From contig OZ246979.1 in the NCBI GenBank assembly GCA_965232545.1, positions 5,734,077 through 5,798,076 of the forward strand: 64,000 bases of DNA, written 5' to 3'. Every line of letters begins with the position of its first letter. Within the stretch, counting starts at the first letter, position 1. The notes under the pieces were generated by a model. That model did not search any database, had not been told where the DNA came from, and saw only the letters and a program-made list of their open reading frames with translations. A program made the position numbers and the translations under genes. This document shows positions 60,565-64,000 of this stretch, piece after piece. The DNA comes from Candidatus Poribacteria bacterium. Its GTDB lineage: Bacteria > Poribacteria > WGA-4E > WGA-3G.

Positions 60565-63384
60565 ATGCGTATTATTACAATAGCCTTATGTTTTCTTGTA
60601 CTACTCAGTGGGTGTGGCGTGAAATCACGCTTACAACAGCGCGCGCCTGTTAAAGCGGAAATCGTTAGAAAAGCTGACTGGGAAGTAGAATTCAGGGATG
60701 TCTTCTTTTTCGACGCAAAGCACGGCTGGGTCATCGGAGAGAAAGGGACAATCCTCTACACAACAGATGGTGGCAAAAATTGGGAGGCACAGAACAGTGG
60801 TACCGAAGCGCGTCTGAATAAAATGCAGTTCATAGATAACAAACGGGGCTGGATCGTCGGCAACGATGGAATTTTATTACAGACACAAGACGGAGGCATA
60901 CACTGGCGGCAGAAGATTATAACAGACGGGAGTCTCATCAGCCTTCACTTTTTGGATGGGTTGCGAGGATGGATAACTGGAGAAGGCGGCGCACTCTACT
61001 ATACCGCAAACGGTGGAAAAACTTGGAAGTTCCGTTCCAGCGGTGTGGGGGAAGCACTTCTTGGTGTCCACTTCGTTAGTGAAAACGAAGGTTGGTTGAT
61101 CGCACAACTCGGCACCACACTGCACACGACGGATGGCGGGAAAACATGGGATAATGAAACGGTAGCCCCTGAGCATAGTTTACTCAATATACACTTTGAT
61201 CGCAACCAACAGAATGGTTGGGCAGTCGGAATTGGATCTACTGTTCTCTCAACAAGAGACGGCGGGAAAACGTGGATCCGCGGAGAACCTGACATTGAGG
61301 ACACGCACGCAATCTATGATCTCTGCTTTACAGACGCTAAAAGAGGATGGTTGGCAGCGCAAGCTGGTGAAGTGCTGCACACACAAGATGGTGGACAGAC
61401 ATGGACGGTACACAAAACAGGCACACACAGTGATCTATTAGCTGTGCATTCGCCTGACGCTAAACATGTATGGGCAGTCGGTAGCTACGGAACGATACTT
61501 CATTCCAGCAATGGTGGAGAGACGTGGATAATCGACGCGGAAAGCAGTGCGGAACCCTTAGCAGGCGTGGAGATGGCAGATGACGGACGCGGCTGGGCTG
61601 TCGGTCGTCGTGGCGCAATCTTCCGGACCGAGAACGAAGGACGCTCTTGGGAACGGCAGGAAACTGGTCTCTCTGTCGGCTTAAATAAAGTAACCGCTGT
61701 CAACCAAGAAGAGGCGTGGGCAATCGGAGATTCCGGCTATATTCTACACACTAAGGACGGAGAAACATGGGAAGTCCAAAAAGGATACGACTGGATCGGA
61801 CTACACGATGTGCAGTTCTTAAATCCTGAACGTGGCTGGGCTGTTGGGGATATGGGGGGTATATTCTACACCAACAACGGCGGCGAAAACTGGATTGAGC
61901 AGCGCGGTTATATCTTTGAACTCTTAAAAGGTCTCTGCTTCATCTCGCCGAATGAAGGATGGACGATCGGTTGGCCCGGCAAAATCCTCCACACCGTCGA
62001 TGGCGGGAAAACATGGGAACCTCAAGAGAGTGGGACATTTAACGAACTCTATTCGGTCTACTTTCTGGATGCGAACCTCGGTTGGGTCTCTGGACAATAT
62101 GGACTCATCCTTCATACCACCGATGGCGGGAAAACATGGAAATTGCAGTATACACGCACACAGGCAAATCTTAACAAAGTCTTTTTCGCCTCTCCCGCCG
62201 TAGGAATAGCGGTCGGTGACGAAGGTACCCTCCTACTTACACTGGACAGCGGGAAAACATGGACACGGGAAGACAGTGGAACGGACAAAAATCTTAGCGA
62301 CATCAGTATCACGGAGGATAAGATATTTGCTGTTGGCGAAGATGGTATCGCCGTCGCGTATACGATCCCCTCAATATCAAAATATATACCACGCAAGCGC
62401 TCCTTTGAGGAGATCGAAACCGAACTGCCGAGGATAGATGCTGGATGGAATATCTTACGCAACGACGGACCCTTCCGAATAATGGGTGTGGATTCCGGCA
62501 TAAAATCAGCGGATATCTCCTTTATCAATGCTATCGAAGGATGGGCAGTCGGTAATTCCAGTACGATGCTCCACACCTTGGACGGGGGCAACACTTGGAA
62601 GAGTATTGAATCTCCTGTGGACACGCCCCTGATTGCCGTGCATTTTGCCTCTTCAGAAATCGGTTGGATATTTACAGAAGACGGGAGTTTCTTATCCACG
62701 ACTGACAGCGGCAGGACATGGCAGGTTTTGAACGAAATCACGAAGCCCGTTATAAGTGGCTACGACCAAAACAGTCAACCCATAGAAGAAGCGTGTCAAC
62801 TTTATGCCGCACATTTTCAGGGATTCGGTGAAGGATGGGCTGCCGGTCAGCAAGGCGTTATCCTTCACAATGAGGATGGGAACACAATCTGGACACACCA
62901 AAAAAATGAAACTTCCGCATCCTATCGGGATATCCAGATGGTCGGAGAGCATTACGGGTGGGCTGTCGGATCATGGGGGAAGGTACTCTGGACAAACGAT
63001 CAAGGAAATACATGGCATCTTCAGACGACTCATACAGGATACGATCTGTATGGCGTGTCCTTCCTGAACCGCCTAAAAGGATGGACTGTCGGAAGAGATG
63101 GCATCGTCCTCCGCACGTCAGACGGAGGCTTGGCATGGTCAGCAATCGATGTCGGAATAAGTACACATCTCTATGGAGTCTCTTTCATCAACGAAATGGA
63201 AGGCTGGATTGTCGGGAAAGGTGGACTCATCCTGCATACCAAGGACCGCGGCGCAACATGGGTAATTGAAGAATCCGGCACTGACGAAGATTTGTACCAT
63301 GTTGACTACGTTGAAGGGCTTGGGATAGTTGTGCTCGGGGCACACGGCACTATTCTCAAGCGAAAATTAGGAACGCAATCTTAG
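60565..63384 (+). CDS. Lipoprotein with about 20 BNR/Ycf48-like beta-propeller repeats
   Basis: Lipobox LLSGC. Recurring T-x-D/N-G-G-K/Q-T-W motifs about every 40 aa (TTDGGKTW, HTQDGGQTW, TVDGGKTW ...). AGGAGA RBS before the ATG at 60565. Confidence 0.7.
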   Translation: MRIITIALCFLVLLSGCGVKSRLQQRAPVKAEIVRKADWEVEFRDVFFFDAKHGWVIGEKGTILYTTDGGKNWEAQNSGTEARLNKMQFIDNKRGWIVGNDGILLQTQDGGIHWRQKIITDGSLISLHFLDGLRGWITGEGGALYYTANGGKTWKFRSSGVGEALLGVHFVSENEGWLIAQLGTTLHTTDGGKTWDNETVAPEHSLLNIHFDRNQQNGWAVGIGSTVLSTRDGGKTWIRGEPDIEDTHAIYDLCFTDAKRGWLAAQAGEVLHTQDGGQTWTVHKTGTHSDLLAVHSPDAKHVWAVGSYGTILHSSNGGETWIIDAESSAEPLAGVEMADDGRGWAVGRRGAIFRTENEGRSWERQETGLSVGLNKVTAVNQEEAWAIGDSGYILHTKDGETWEVQKGYDWIGLHDVQFLNPERGWAVGDMGGIFYTNNGGENWIEQRGYIFELLKGLCFISPNEGWTIGWPGKILHTVDGGKTWEPQESGTFNELYSVYFLDANLGWVSGQYGLILHTTDGGKTWKLQYTRTQANLNKVFFASPAVGIAVGDEGTLLLTLDSGKTWTREDSGTDKNLSDISITEDKIFAVGEDGIAVAYTIPSISKYIPRKRSFEEIETELPRIDAGWNILRNDGPFRIMGVDSGIKSADISFINAIEGWAVGNSSTMLHTLDGGNTWKSIESPVDTPLIAVHFASSEIGWIFTEDGSFLSTTDSGRTWQVLNEITKPVISGYDQNSQPIEEACQLYAAHFQGFGEGWAAGQQGVILHNEDGNTIWTHQKNETSASYRDIQMVGEHYGWAVGSWGKVLWTNDQGNTWHLQTTHTGYDLYGVSFLNRLKGWTVGRDGIVLRTSDGGLAWSAIDVGISTHLYGVSFINEMEGWIVGKGGLILHTKDRGATWVIEESGTDEDLYHVDYVEGLGIVVLGAHGTILKRKLGTQS

Positions 63385-63408
63385 ATTCGATCAAGGGAAA
63401 TTTTATTG

Positions 63409-64000
63409 ATGAAACGAATATCATTTCTGTTTACGTTACTGTTCACAAGTTGCCTATTGACAATGACTGTTTGGGGTAGCGGTCGGGTTTCTTTCACTTC
63501 CGGTAGGACAGGAAACCTTGACATCTATATGATAGATATAAACGGTAAGAATCTCGCCAACTTAACCGATCATCCATCAGACGACTTCTCGCCGACGTGG
63601 TCTCCAGACGGTCGCGCTTTCGCCTACGTTTCAAACAGGGATGGGAATCCAGAGATTTACGTAATGGATGTGAATACGAAGGAATCTCGGAGGCTGACAA
63701 ACCATCGCGCTACCGATATCAATCCGGCATGGTCACCGGATGGCAAATGGATCGCGTTCGCATCCAACCAAGCGCGCGACCATGCAGCGGACACTGACAT
63801 CTACACAATGGACGTGAACGGCAAGAAAGTTCAGAGACTCACAAATAAAGGCGGACACAATTCAACGCCTGCATGGTCCCCAGACGGGGAGTGGATCGCG
63901 TTTCGTTCCACGCTGGACGGCATTGGGGGTATCCATGTCATGAACGCTGATGGTGAAAAACAGAGAGCACTCACCCAGGTTTCTGCAACAGGTCCCACTT
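63409..64000 (+). CDS. PD40 (TolB-like) beta-propeller repeat protein, 3' end off-window
   Basis: Signal peptide, then repeated units SPDGRAFAYVSNRDGNPEIYVMD / SPDGKWIAFASN / SPDGEWIAFRS typical of PD40 repeats. Frame open to the window end. Confidence 0.65.
   Translation, partial: MKRISFLFTLLFTSCLLTMTVWGSGRVSFTSGRTGNLDIYMIDINGKNLANLTDHPSDDFSPTWSPDGRAFAYVSNRDGNPEIYVMDVNTKESRRLTNHRATDINPAWSPDGKWIAFASNQARDHAADTDIYTMDVNGKKVQRLTNKGGHNSTPAWSPDGEWIAFRSTLDGIGGIHVMNADGEKQRALTQVSATGPT

Overview
64 kb bacterial chromosomal segment, about 50% GC, probably from an uncultured lineage. Hints (weak) include many TPR, WD40, PD40 and BNR-repeat proteins, ThuA, DUF1593 and sulfatase-like genes. Housekeeping genes recognised: hflK, hflC, thiC, glcB, argH, pyrF, tyrA, cmk, plsC, ychF, an FNR and a YjjX homologue. 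Accessory content: an HNH-less IscB (IsrB, OMEGA-type RNA-guided nickase) element lying between two diverged ThuA paralogs; one intact and one truncated IS200/IS605-type TnpB; an intact VapBC pair, a second VapBC-like pair whose PIN gene carries an in-frame stop, and a RelE/ParE toxin coupled to an unusually large partner; an orphan type I HsdR-like helicase-nuclease beside a PD-(D/E)XK protein; and a minus-strand envelope operon (TPR, TPR, WD40 fused to a trypsin-like protease, membrane protein) next to one of two paralogous roughly 630-aa polytopic membrane proteins. The intergenic DNA is unusually rich in small structured repeats: degenerate heptamer arrays (GCTGACC-like); tandemly duplicated leader modules immediately upstream of start codons; a GGCGAGGTT-tct-AACCTCGCC hairpin family with compensatory stem changes, mostly just after gene ends; TGTAGC-box arrays; a 36-bp-TIR MITE-like insertion in the thiC leader, where no TPP riboswitch is recognisable; and IS-end hairpins with covariation. 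No rRNA, tRNA or CRISPR array was found. All calls rest on reading the translated ORFs and the DNA by eye; no database searches were run.
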